DNA of 64,000 bases, from the NCBI GenBank assembly GCA_913043225.1, contig CAJWLU010000005.1:64001-128000 (forward strand). The letters are read 5' to 3'. Position 1 is the first letter of the stretch; every line of letters starts with the position of its first letter. Made by a program: the position numbers and the translations under genes. This document shows, piece after piece, positions 37,054 through 45,672 of the stretch. The stretch is from an uncultured Acidobacteriota bacterium (GTDB taxonomy: Bacteria > Acidobacteriota > Vicinamibacteria > Vicinamibacterales > UBA8438). Under the pieces are notes generated by a model. It was not told the origin of the DNA and searched no databases. It saw nothing but the letters and a program-made list of their open reading frames with translations.

Positions 37054-37166
37054 TCAGCGCCGCATGGTCGCGTCGAAACGCCTCAGCAACCCCCACACCA
37101 CAGCCACGTTAACCACGAGGCCGAGCACCGCAGTAGGACTCTAGGACTCGCCTGCCGAATCCCGCG

Positions 37167-39335
37167 CTACCTCGCTAGGGGATCAGGCCTGAACTGGAAG
37201 CGCACCACCTTGCTGGGTGTGCCTTTCCCGGTCTCGGCGTGAAACGGTGCCCGAGTGCTCCAGGTGGCGTAGAGACCGCGCCCCTTCCAGCCACCATCGG
37301 GGTCGTCAATCCGTCCGTCCAGCCACTTAGTGTAGAAGCCGAGCGGATACGGCACCCGCATGACAACCCATTCGCCGTCCCGGAGCGCCAGCAGGCCCTC
37401 CGAAGCATTTCCGGTGCTGATGGGAACGTCGCGGCCGAGACCGAAGGTGTCGAACTGGTCCACCCAGGCATAGTAGGAGCCCTCGGCGCTGCCCGATCCC
37501 TCGACCCCCTTCATCTGCGGCAGCGGCTCCTCATAGAAGGTCCAGCCCTCCGGGCAGTGACGACCGGTGGCTTCCGGTCCGCTCAAAGGCCCGCGGCACC
37601 GACTGCGGTCGAAGCTTGCCAGGTGGCCGCTCGCGAGCGGGGTCCAGACGACGCCATTTCTATCGATGTCCATGCCGCGCGGCGAGTACACGTTCGGCTC
37701 GCTCGCGTCCTGATCCTCGAACGGCACCTCGAAGATCTCGGTCAACCCGGTCTCCGACGGGTTCTCACCCGGCACGAACCGCAGCAAGGCGCCCGGCATC
37801 CCGAGCGACGACCCCCACACGCTTCCATCGTTGGGATCAACCGACACCCCGTAGAACCCGGACCGGATCCGAGCATCCTTGCTTGAATCGACCGGCTCGC
37901 CCGGCTCGGTCCATTCGTCCCGGCGGCCGTTGCCGTTCGTGTCCAGCACCAGTGGGCTCCAACCCTGCGACGCCATCTCATCGCCGGTTTCGAGGAACTG
38001 ATTGGTATTGAGCCACCCAATCACCTGACCGCCGCCACTGGTCCACAGGGTGTTGTCTTCATCCTCGGCAAAGATGAGGTGATGGGTTGAGTAGCAGGTG
38101 CCGATCAACATGATCTCGCCGTCGGCCGGGTCGTACACCGCTAGGTGGCGCCCCGCCCGGGCATTCGGAAACGCCCGCGCCGATGGATGCTCTGATCCTT
38201 CCAGGCACTCCGGCGGATTGTCCGGTCCTCGCACCCGGGAAGTCAGCCACACCCGACCGTCCTGGTCGAGCATCGGATTGTGGATGTTCGTCTGGCTGTT
38301 CCAGATGGCCTCATCGCCCCAGTAGGGTGACGGCGCCAGCGGTGGACCGGCCGCGAGCGGAGTGTCTAGATCGCGCACCGGCACAGGAATCTCTCGGATC
38401 GCATTGGCCACCGGGTCGAGCACCGGCACGTAGTCGGCGCTGGCCTCGAGTGCTCCATAAATCGGCCCGTTGGCGTTCACCGTGGGATCGCGCTTGTCAG
38501 TCGACACCTCGTCGTGGAGATACGCCTTCGGGTCGGCCCAGTCCCACTGGGTGATCACCACATTGCGCTCGAGCCCCTGTGGACGTGCAGGCGCCTCCGA
38601 CGGCAGCTCGCCCGCCATGATGCGGCCCGTCCAATCGGCGTACATCTGGAGCGCACGCTGCCGGCCTAAACGTTCGAGACCACCCACCATGCTGCCACCC
38701 GCCTGCCCCGACTGGATTCGCCGGTCCCACGCCTCCACCAGCGAATCGAACTCGCCAAGCTCGGGCGGAATCTCGCGGGTCGCCTTGTTCCCGAGCGCAT
38801 GGCATGCCGTACAGCCCCCCGACTTCACACCGCGGAGCCAGGCGGCCTGACTGGTCACATTCGGAGAAATGCCGTTGCCATCCTGCCCGGTGCCAGGGAA
38901 CTCTTCATCCCCGGGTGCCTCGAGCAGCGCATACCAATACCCGGCGGGGTAGTACTGGGCGGCGGCACTCGCATCGGGCGCCACCACGGCCCGGTGGTCC
39001 AGCCGCTCGCCCGGCGAGGCCTGCAGCCTGTTGGAATCGACCAAGCCGTACCCTCGCACCCAGACCTCGTAGGTGGCCTCGGGCAGATCGGGAATCAGAT
39101 AGCGGCCCTGGTCGTCGGTCACGACCGTCCGGTTGAAGCGGGTAGGTAGCCCGGTGGTCTCCGCAATCACCCACACCCCGGCCTCTGGCCCGTTCGGTCC
39201 GGTGACCACACCCCCGATGTCATCGTCATCGATGGCCACCGCCGGCTGGGCGATCACCGATTTCCCGCAAGACGCCGTGCCCACGAGCGCGAATAGACCG
39301 GCCACCGCGACGACTGCGTATCTCGCCCTCATCAT
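37167..39335 (-). CDS. Lipoprotein: carboxypeptidase-regulatory-like domain, monoheme c (CTACH), and His-rich beta-propeller
   Basis: Lipobox TASC; GVWVIAET, VWVRGYGLVDS, GGCTACH, YLHDEVSTDKRDP, IHNPM, STHHL, PRGMDID. Paralog of 4947..7103. Confidence 0.8.
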   Translation of the reverse strand: MMRARYAVVAVAGLFALVGTASCGKSVIAQPAVAIDDDDIGGVVTGPNGPEAGVWVIAETTGLPTRFNRTVVTDDQGRYLIPDLPEATYEVWVRGYGLVDSNRLQASPGERLDHRAVVAPDASAAAQYYPAGYWYALLEAPGDEEFPGTGQDGNGISPNVTSQAAWLRGVKSGGCTACHALGNKATREIPPELGEFDSLVEAWDRRIQSGQAGGSMVGGLERLGRQRALQMYADWTGRIMAGELPSEAPARPQGLERNVVITQWDWADPKAYLHDEVSTDKRDPTVNANGPIYGALEASADYVPVLDPVANAIREIPVPVRDLDTPLAAGPPLAPSPYWGDEAIWNSQTNIHNPMLDQDGRVWLTSRVRGPDNPPECLEGSEHPSARAFPNARAGRHLAVYDPADGEIMLIGTCYSTHHLIFAEDEDNTLWTSGGGQVIGWLNTNQFLETGDEMASQGWSPLVLDTNGNGRRDEWTEPGEPVDSSKDARIRSGFYGVSVDPNDGSVWGSSLGMPGALLRFVPGENPSETGLTEIFEVPFEDQDASEPNVYSPRGMDIDRNGVVWTPLASGHLASFDRSRCRGPLSGPEATGRHCPEGWTFYEEPLPQMKGVEGSGSAEGSYYAWVDQFDTFGLGRDVPISTGNASEGLLALRDGEWVVMRVPYPLGFYTKWLDGRIDDPDGGWKGRGLYATWSTRAPFHAETGKGTPSKVVRFQFRPDPLAR

Positions 39336-39385
39336 TCCTCTCCCGTCTCCCGCCGCCGGCAACCTCAGTTTGCTGCGGACGCTGC

Positions 39386-41353
39386 CTACGGCAATGCCAG
39401 CGCCACCCACTCACTCTCCATCCCGGTCCAGCCAACCGTGACGACGATGTACTGTTTCCCGCCAGCCATGTAGGTAATGGGCGCGGCGCTGGTACCTCCC
39501 GGCAACGCGATGTCGGCAACGGTCTCGCCCGTTGCCTTGTCATAGGCGCGAAGCACTTTCCCGCCCACGAACTCAGGCAGCACCACCATGCCACGATCGA
39601 CGCCCTCTCCCAGGAAAACGAGCGTCCGGGTGATCAACGGCGACACCCGTCCAGCCTGTCCCAGCGGCGGCAGATCAAGCCCAGCCAGCGCGGGATGATC
39701 CTTGGGACCTTCCCCATTTGGGACACTCCAACGAATCTCTCCGGCATTCAGATCGATCGCCACCAGGCTACCCCAGGGTGGCTTCAGAAGCGGCAGGCCC
39801 TGCGGTCCCTCGGCGACGTTCAGCGACTCCATAACGAAGTCGACATCAGAGCGTGGGTGCTCGGAGCGGACCAGCCCGACGACGGCCGGGTTGCGCACAG
39901 TCGGGACATACAACCACCCAGTGTCTGGGTCGATGCCAGCGCCACTCCAATCCGCCCCGCCGACCAGTCCCGGCGCCTGGATCGTCCCCAACGTACCGCC
40001 AGGGCTCTCGTCGATGATGGTGGGTGGCGTGAACAACGGGCCGGACACGTAGCGCGAGAAGATCTCGCGTGCCTCCCGGTTCAGCTCCGGTGTCACGTCG
40101 TTCAGGTCGTCGATCGTGACACCCTGGTGCTCGAACGGCGGCGGCTTGGTAGGAAACGGTTGGGTCGGCGCGTACCACTCCCCCGGGACGTCGCCCGCCT
40201 GTACCGGCCGTTCCTCGATTGGCCAGACCGGTTCGCCGGAAGCGCGGTCGAACACGTAGGTGAATCCCTGCTTACTGACGATTGCGACCGCCTTAATCTC
40301 CCGCCCGTCAACGGTGATATCAACGAGGTTCGGAGCAGCCGGAAAGTCGTAGTCCCACAATCCGTGGTGCACCGCCTGGAAATGCCACACCAGCTCGCCG
40401 GTACGGGCGTCGAGACAGACCAGGCTCTCGGCGAACAGGTTGTCACCCGGCCGATGCCCGCCGTAGTAGTCGTTGGTCGGGGTCGACAGTGGCAGGTAGA
40501 CGAGCCCGAGTTCCTCGTCACCGCTGGGCCAGGCCCACATGTTGGTGTTTCCTGTGTATTCCCAGGACGGCCGGTCTTCATTCGGCGCGATCAGCCACGT
40601 CTCGTTGCCAACCTCCCCATCCTGCGGCACCGTGTGGAAGATCCACAGCTGCTCACCGGTCCGGACGTCGAACCCGCGGACGTCACCTGGCGCCGCCTCC
40701 TTACGCGCTGGCTGGGTCCGGTTCACGTAGTCGGTGTTGGCCGACCCGATGACGACCACATCGCTGACCACCAACGGCGCCGACCGCCAGACGAAGCGCT
40801 CGACCGGACGGATGTCGTAACCGAGCGTGAGATCGACCGCACCGTCGACGCCAAACTCTGAATAGCGTGCGCCCGTGACCGCATTGAGCGCCACTAGCTC
40901 AGCCCCAACGACGGCCACGACCCTGGCGTCGTCGCTCTCGGAATCCTCCCAGTAGGCAACGCCACGACTGGCGCTGCCCACCCGATCGAGCCCGTCCGGC
41001 AACGGGTCGAACCAGACCACCTCGCCGGTGACCGCATCGAGCGCTGCCACCGTGCCGAGCGCCGTGCTCACGAACACACGGCCGTCGGCCATCAGCGGCG
41101 TGTTCTGGACCACGGCGGGCGGCCGCACCGTGCTGTTCCCACGCACGGCGGCGGGAATGGTCGACTGACGCCACACGATCTCGAGTTGGCCGACATTCGC
41201 TGCGGTAATCTGATCGAGCCTCGAGTACTTCGTGCCTGCCAAATCTGAGCCATAGGCGTGCCACTCGCCGGTCTGCCCGGACGCCACGCTGGCGACGCCG
41301 ACCAGAAGCCCGGCCGCAACGATCCGGAACACTCCAAACCCGTTACTCGACAT
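39386..41353 (-). CDS. PQQ-dependent dehydrogenase (quinoprotein glucose dehydrogenase-like, soluble)
   Basis: AGGAGG RBS; signal peptide; YSRLDQIT..NV, QNTPL, PGDVRGFDV.TG, YYGGHRPGDNLFAES, HHGLWDYD, PTQPFP, GGADWSG, PITY..GGKQYIV. Confidence 0.9.
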   Translation of the reverse strand: MSSNGFGVFRIVAAGLLVGVASVASGQTGEWHAYGSDLAGTKYSRLDQITAANVGQLEIVWRQSTIPAAVRGNSTVRPPAVVQNTPLMADGRVFVSTALGTVAALDAVTGEVVWFDPLPDGLDRVGSASRGVAYWEDSESDDARVVAVVGAELVALNAVTGARYSEFGVDGAVDLTLGYDIRPVERFVWRSAPLVVSDVVVIGSANTDYVNRTQPARKEAAPGDVRGFDVRTGEQLWIFHTVPQDGEVGNETWLIAPNEDRPSWEYTGNTNMWAWPSGDEELGLVYLPLSTPTNDYYGGHRPGDNLFAESLVCLDARTGELVWHFQAVHHGLWDYDFPAAPNLVDITVDGREIKAVAIVSKQGFTYVFDRASGEPVWPIEERPVQAGDVPGEWYAPTQPFPTKPPPFEHQGVTIDDLNDVTPELNREAREIFSRYVSGPLFTPPTIIDESPGGTLGTIQAPGLVGGADWSGAGIDPDTGWLYVPTVRNPAVVGLVRSEHPRSDVDFVMESLNVAEGPQGLPLLKPPWGSLVAIDLNAGEIRWSVPNGEGPKDHPALAGLDLPPLGQAGRVSPLITRTLVFLGEGVDRGMVVLPEFVGGKVLRAYDKATGETVADIALPGGTSAAPITYMAGGKQYIVVTVGWTGMESEWVALALP

Positions 41354-41481
41354 TCCGCCCTCCTGTGCCCGCAGTCTACCGTCGGCCGACGGCCCTTGTC
41401 TCCTTGAAGCCGTCGACCTTGACCGCTCGGGACTGTGAATTGACGTTTGGGTACAGGGCCAATAGGACGTTACGCTTGAGC

Positions 41482-42147
41482 ATGGTGGTCAGGTTCGTTC
41501 CACTTCTCGCCTTTGCCCTTGTTAGCTGCCAGCAGCTGACCTGGGAGCAGTACATGGAGGCTGCGGCGTTCGCCTACCAGGACCAGGCGTTCACCGAGGC
41601 CGAAGAGATGTATCTAGCCGCGGAGGCGCACGCGCACGCGTTCCCGCCCGACGACCCGCGGCTGGCTTTCACACTTGGGAATCTGGCCGACTTCTATCAC
41701 TCGCAGGCCCGCGACGAAGAAGCCGAACCGTTATTCCGCGAGGCGCTGAACCGTCTCCAGCGAGTGGACGGTCCCGACTCGCCACGGGTGGCCCGCTTCG
41801 TCGCAGATCTGGCCATCTTCTACACGGCCATCGACAGGCCCGAGGATGCCGAACCGCTCTACCTGAGGGCGCTCGACACCCTGGAATGGGATCTGGGCCC
41901 GTACCACCGAGATGTCATCGTACTCCGCACGGCCCTGGCTGGCTTCTATCAAACCGAACGGCGCTACGCCGAGGCCGACCCGTTATACCGGGAAGTCCTG
42001 GCCATTCTGCGATCGTCCGACGACGCCGATCCCGACCAGTTCCTGACCGTCCTCGACGAGTACGCGGCGCTGCTGCGCGCGGCGGGCCGGGAGACCGAAG
42101 CGGCGCCCTTCGCCACCGAGGCACAGGCCATCCGTGATGCCCTCTGA
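41482..42147 (+). CDS. TPR (kinesin-light-chain-like) lipoprotein
   Basis: Lipobox ALVSC; repeats such as LGNLADFYHSQARDEEAEPLFREAL and AEPLYLRAL. Confidence 0.8.
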   Translation: MVVRFVPLLAFALVSCQQLTWEQYMEAAAFAYQDQAFTEAEEMYLAAEAHAHAFPPDDPRLAFTLGNLADFYHSQARDEEAEPLFREALNRLQRVDGPDSPRVARFVADLAIFYTAIDRPEDAEPLYLRALDTLEWDLGPYHRDVIVLRTALAGFYQTERRYAEADPLYREVLAILRSSDDADPDQFLTVLDEYAALLRAAGRETEAAPFATEAQAIRDAL

Positions 42148-42169
42148 TGAACCAGGAGACGCGCACCCC

Positions 42170-43222
42170 ATGAGAACCTTGATCACCAGCCTGGCGATGC
42201 TCCCACTACTCATCGCCGTCCCGCGGGCGGCGACCGTGACGACGGTCATCGGCACCGGCACCGCCGGCCTGTCGGACACCGAAGTCGCCAATCCCTACGG
42301 CGTGGTCATCGGGCCCGACGGCGCGATGTATTTCTGCGACCTCGACAACCAGCGCATCCGGCGCATGGACCTCACCACCGGCCGCACCACTGTGATCGCC
42401 GGCACCGGCGAGCGTGGCTACAGCGGTGATGGCGGCCAGGCGACCGAAGCGGCGCTCAACATGCCGCACGAAATCCAGTTCGACGCCGATGGGCATCTCT
42501 TCATCGTCGAACGCGACAGCCACAGCGTACGCCGGGTCGACGCCAGTACCGGGATCATCACCACGGTGGCCGGCACCGGCGAGGCTGGCTTCTCGGGCGA
42601 CGGCGGGCCGGCGCACCGTGCTCAGCTCAACCGACCCCATAGCATCGCGTTCGACCCCGAAGGGCGTCTGCTCATCTGCGACATCGGCAATCACCGCATC
42701 CGGAGAGTGGGCGCCGACGGCCAAATAGAAACGTGGGGCGGCACGGGTGAGCGGGAACCGACGCCCGACGGCGCGCCGCTTGCGGGAACGCCGCTCAACG
42801 GCCCCCGCGCGATGGCCAGCGACCCGGAAGGCAACCTGTATTTGGCGCTGCGAGAAGGTAATGCGATCTACAGGATCGACCTCGCCACCGAGACGATCCA
42901 TCACGTGGCCGGCACCGGCGAGCAGGGTTACACCGGGGACGGCGGCCTCGCCCACACCGCAACCCTGGCCGGACCCAAGGGGCTAGCCTACGCCGAGGGA
43001 CGACTCTATATCGCCGATACGGAGAACCATGTCATCCGCATGGTCAACGTCGCTGCAGGGACGATCTCGACGGTGTTGGGGAACGGTGAACGCGGCGATG
43101 GCCCCGAAAACGACCCGCTCGAATGCAAGACCAACCGCCCGCACGGCATCTTCTACACCACCGACGCCGGTCTCTACGTCGGCGACAGCGAGGCGCACCG
43201 GATTCGGCTGCTGAGCGATTAG
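42170..43222 (+). CDS. Six-bladed NHL-repeat beta-propeller, exported
   Basis: AGGAG RBS; six NHL repeats (NPYG, MPHE, RPHS, GPRA, GPKG, RPHG); AGTG..GYSGDGG linkers. Confidence 0.88.
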   Translation: MRTLITSLAMLPLLIAVPRAATVTTVIGTGTAGLSDTEVANPYGVVIGPDGAMYFCDLDNQRIRRMDLTTGRTTVIAGTGERGYSGDGGQATEAALNMPHEIQFDADGHLFIVERDSHSVRRVDASTGIITTVAGTGEAGFSGDGGPAHRAQLNRPHSIAFDPEGRLLICDIGNHRIRRVGADGQIETWGGTGEREPTPDGAPLAGTPLNGPRAMASDPEGNLYLALREGNAIYRIDLATETIHHVAGTGEQGYTGDGGLAHTATLAGPKGLAYAEGRLYIADTENHVIRMVNVAAGTISTVLGNGERGDGPENDPLECKTNRPHGIFYTTDAGLYVGDSEAHRIRLLSD

Positions 43223-43845
43223 GGGAGTTGCTCACGATGCACGACGGCGACGGCGTGCATGTAGCCGCCAGCGCCGGCGAAGCGATCCTCGGCGGCAGCT
43301 AGGATTGCGGGCCTGGCCTCATCGTCGCGCCCCATTGCTTCGAGGTAGAGGCCAATGTAGAGATGGGCGTAAAACCGGGCACGCGGCTGTTCGCCCGCCG
43401 CGGCCATCACCTCCTCGGGTGAGAGCCGACCGGCGAACATTTCGTAGACCTGAGTCATCGGCCGACGACCATCCGGCCCGACGGGCAACAACGCCTCCAC
43501 CGCCGCGTCAGGCGAGTCGGCGCGCGCCACACACAGGAAGTGCCAGGCGGCGTTCTCGACATCGTTGGGGTTCACCAGCCGGTGCGACTCAAACATCCGC
43601 CGGCAATCGTCATAGCGACCGACGTAGTAAAGGGCAATCCCCCGCTGCCAGAGCTGCGGCGCCGCCTCCGGCACCAGTTCGGCAACTCGGTCGAAGCCGG
43701 TCACCGACGCCTCCACCCGCCCCGCGATGAAATCGGTCTCGGCTTGACGCAGAATCTCTCGCGGCGTCTGCGCAGCAGCGCAAGTCGAGCTCAGCAGAAA
43801 GATGGTCCACACCAACTTCCAGCGAGGGGGAGCAACCTTCCGCAT
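43219..43845 (-). CDS. TPR protein (NlpI-like)
   Basis: LWQRGIALYY, VNPNDVENAAWHFLC, FYAHLYIGLY. The true start lies downstream of the tracked ORF start, which overlaps the FKBP gene. Confidence 0.8.
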   Translation of the reverse strand: MRKVAPPRWKLVWTIFLLSSTCAAAQTPREILRQAETDFIAGRVEASVTGFDRVAELVPEAAPQLWQRGIALYYVGRYDDCRRMFESHRLVNPNDVENAAWHFLCVARADSPDAAVEALLPVGPDGRRPMTQVYEMFAGRLSPEEVMAAAGEQPRARFYAHLYIGLYLEAMGRDDEARPAILAAAEDRFAGAGGYMHAVAVVHREQLP

Positions 43846-43859
43846 CGGGCTCTTCGCGG

Positions 43860-44297
43860 TCAGAGGATCTCCAGCAATTCGATGTCGAACACCAGCGCCG
43901 AATCTGGAGGAATGGAACCCTGGCCGCCGGATCCGTATCCAAGGCCTGGTGGGATAATCAAACGCCGCTGACCACCGACTCGCATCCCGCGCACTCCGGC
44001 ATCCCAGCCGGCAATGACCTGCCCCGCCCCCACGATGAAGCTGAAGCCAGCTTCTGACGACTGGTCGAACTGCATCCCCTTGTTCTCTACAGCGCTCAGG
44101 TCGTAGAGCCATCCCGTGTAGGCGACCAGCACGGCGTTACCATTGTCGACTTCTGGTCCGGTGCCCACGACCAGGTCGATGATCTGGAACGGCACGCTGA
44201 GTCCGGGTTGATCGTCGTTGCCGCCGCACCCAGCGGCAACAACGGCCGTCGCCAGGAAGGCAATCAGCAAGGCGGAACGTAATCTGAGCGACGTCAT
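43860..44297 (-). CDS. FKBP-type peptidyl-prolyl cis-trans isomerase (lipoprotein)
   Basis: Lipobox AAGC; DLVVGTG, YTGWL, FDQS, GQVIAGWDAGVRGMRVGGQRRLIIPP.LGYG, IPPDSALVFDIEL. Confidence 0.95.
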   Translation of the reverse strand: MTSLRLRSALLIAFLATAVVAAGCGGNDDQPGLSVPFQIIDLVVGTGPEVDNGNAVLVAYTGWLYDLSAVENKGMQFDQSSEAGFSFIVGAGQVIAGWDAGVRGMRVGGQRRLIIPPGLGYGSGGQGSIPPDSALVFDIELLEIL

Positions 44298-44395
44298 CTG
44301 ATGGCGAACTCCCGTAGTGCGGTGCGCGAGCCAGCTCCTCGGACCGCAGAGCTACAGTATACGTGCGGCCTCGGCCGACATCCGGCCAGAGCGGC

Positions 44396-44401
44396 TATAA
44401 T
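44396..44401 (+). promoter_or_regulatory. Putative -10 box (TATAAT)
   Basis: Perfect TATAAT about 77 nt upstream of ATG 44478 in a divergent intergenic region. Confidence 0.45.
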
Positions 44402-44477
44402 CGGTCCTTTCGTGGACTAGTATTCTCGTTTAGTTCCACACTGACGGTCTGGAACCTCGAGCCAAGGAGATTAAGGC

Positions 44478-45119
44478 ATGAGAACCATCAAGATGCTCGG
44501 TGCGGTCGCGCTACTGGCGCTGGTCAGCGTCTCGCCCTCCGAGGGGCAAGCTGCGGACATGACGTTCTTCCTGACGAGCGAGGGCCCTGGTGACGGCGCG
44601 AATCTTGGCGGCCTTGCCGGCGCCGACGCGCACTGCCAGTCGCTCGCCGCCGCGGTAGGTGCTGGTAGCCGTACTTGGCGCGCGTATTTGAGCACAACCG
44701 GTACCGGTGGCGAAAACGCACGCGACCGGATCGGTCAGGGACCCTGGCAGAACATCGCCGGCGACGTCGTGGCCACCAGCCTCGACACCCTGCACTACGA
44801 GAACAACCTGACCAAGGAAACCGTGCTGAACGAGCAGGGAGGAATGACGCCCGGCCGCGGTGACGACCCGAACCAGCACGACATCTTGACCGGCTCCTAC
44901 CTCGACGGCACCGCGGTGTCTGGCAGCGACGACACCACCTGCCGCAACTGGACCTCGAACGCGGCCGACGGCAGCGGTATGGTCGGGCACTTCGATCGGA
45001 CCGGCGGCGGCCCGAACCCGAACTCCTGGAACTCGGCACACGGGTCCCGCGGCTGCGGACAAGCCAACCTGCAGGCCACCGGCGGAAACGGCTACTTCTA
45101 CTGCTTTGCGATCGACTAG
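44478..45119 (+). CDS. Secreted endostatin-like / C-type lectin-fold protein
   Basis: AAGGAG RBS; signal peptide; ANLGGLAGADAHCQ, WRAYLST, NARDRIGQGPW, HDILTGS, TCRNWTS, FYCFAID. Paralog of 322..1086. Confidence 0.8.
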   Translation: MRTIKMLGAVALLALVSVSPSEGQAADMTFFLTSEGPGDGANLGGLAGADAHCQSLAAAVGAGSRTWRAYLSTTGTGGENARDRIGQGPWQNIAGDVVATSLDTLHYENNLTKETVLNEQGGMTPGRGDDPNQHDILTGSYLDGTAVSGSDDTTCRNWTSNAADGSGMVGHFDRTGGGPNPNSWNSAHGSRGCGQANLQATGGNGYFYCFAID

Positions 45120-45142
45120 TCATCCCACACCCGCTCATCATT

Positions 45143-45183
45143 CGGAGACCGGGGCGAGCAGCCAGCGCTCGCCCCGGTCTCCG
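45143..45183. repeat. Perfect 17-bp inverted repeat (terminator or RNA-stability hairpin)
   Basis: CGGAGACCGGGGCGAGC-N7-GCTCGCCCCGGTCTCCG; no U-tract on either side. Confidence 0.7.
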
Positions 45184-45215
45184 GCCTCTAGCGGTTAGCG
45201 CAGTCCGACCGGCCC

Positions 45216-45659
45216 GTGGCTGACTCCTCACACGACCAGGCCCCGCTCACCCGGACGCACGTGCGGCTGGGATGGTGGTCGCTGGCCTGCTTCCTGTCGC
45301 TCGGCTTCCTGCTGGAATTGCTGCACGGCTTCAAGATCGGGTTCTACCTCGACGTCGGCAACGAACACCGGCGGTTGATGTGGACGCTGGCGCACGCTCA
45401 TGGCGCGCTACTCGGCATGGTCCACCTGGCGTTCGGCTTGAGTCTTCAGGCGGCGCCGTCACTGGGTGGAAACAGGCAACCAGTCGTCTCGACCTGCCTG
45501 GTGGGCGCGACCGTCCTTCTGCCGGGCGGGTTCTTGCTCGGTGGGATCTGGGTCGAAGGGCAACTGGCCGCCCTGGCGTTTCTGCTGGTTCCGGTGGGCG
45601 GGGCACTTCTTGCCACAGCCATTTTTCTTGTGGCCCGCTCCGTACCGCGGCCACGGTAA
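45216..45659 (+). CDS. 4-TM membrane protein with HxH motif (paralog A)
   Basis: GTG start; H..LGWW, LHGFK, RRLMWTLAHAHGALLG..H, LLPGGFLLGG. Confidence 0.8.
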   Translation: MADSSHDQAPLTRTHVRLGWWSLACFLSLGFLLELLHGFKIGFYLDVGNEHRRLMWTLAHAHGALLGMVHLAFGLSLQAAPSLGGNRQPVVSTCLVGATVLLPGGFLLGGIWVEGQLAALAFLLVPVGGALLATAIFLVARSVPRPR

Positions 45660-45672
45660 GGGCGGACCAGGC

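Noticed and set aside
40340..40380. WDYD motif as a sign of lanthanide dependence in the PQQ dehydrogenase
   Set aside because: WDxD is normal in the glucose dehydrogenase-like branch. The protein lacks the vicinal Cys-Cys of methanol/ethanol dehydrogenases, so the XoxF rule does not apply.
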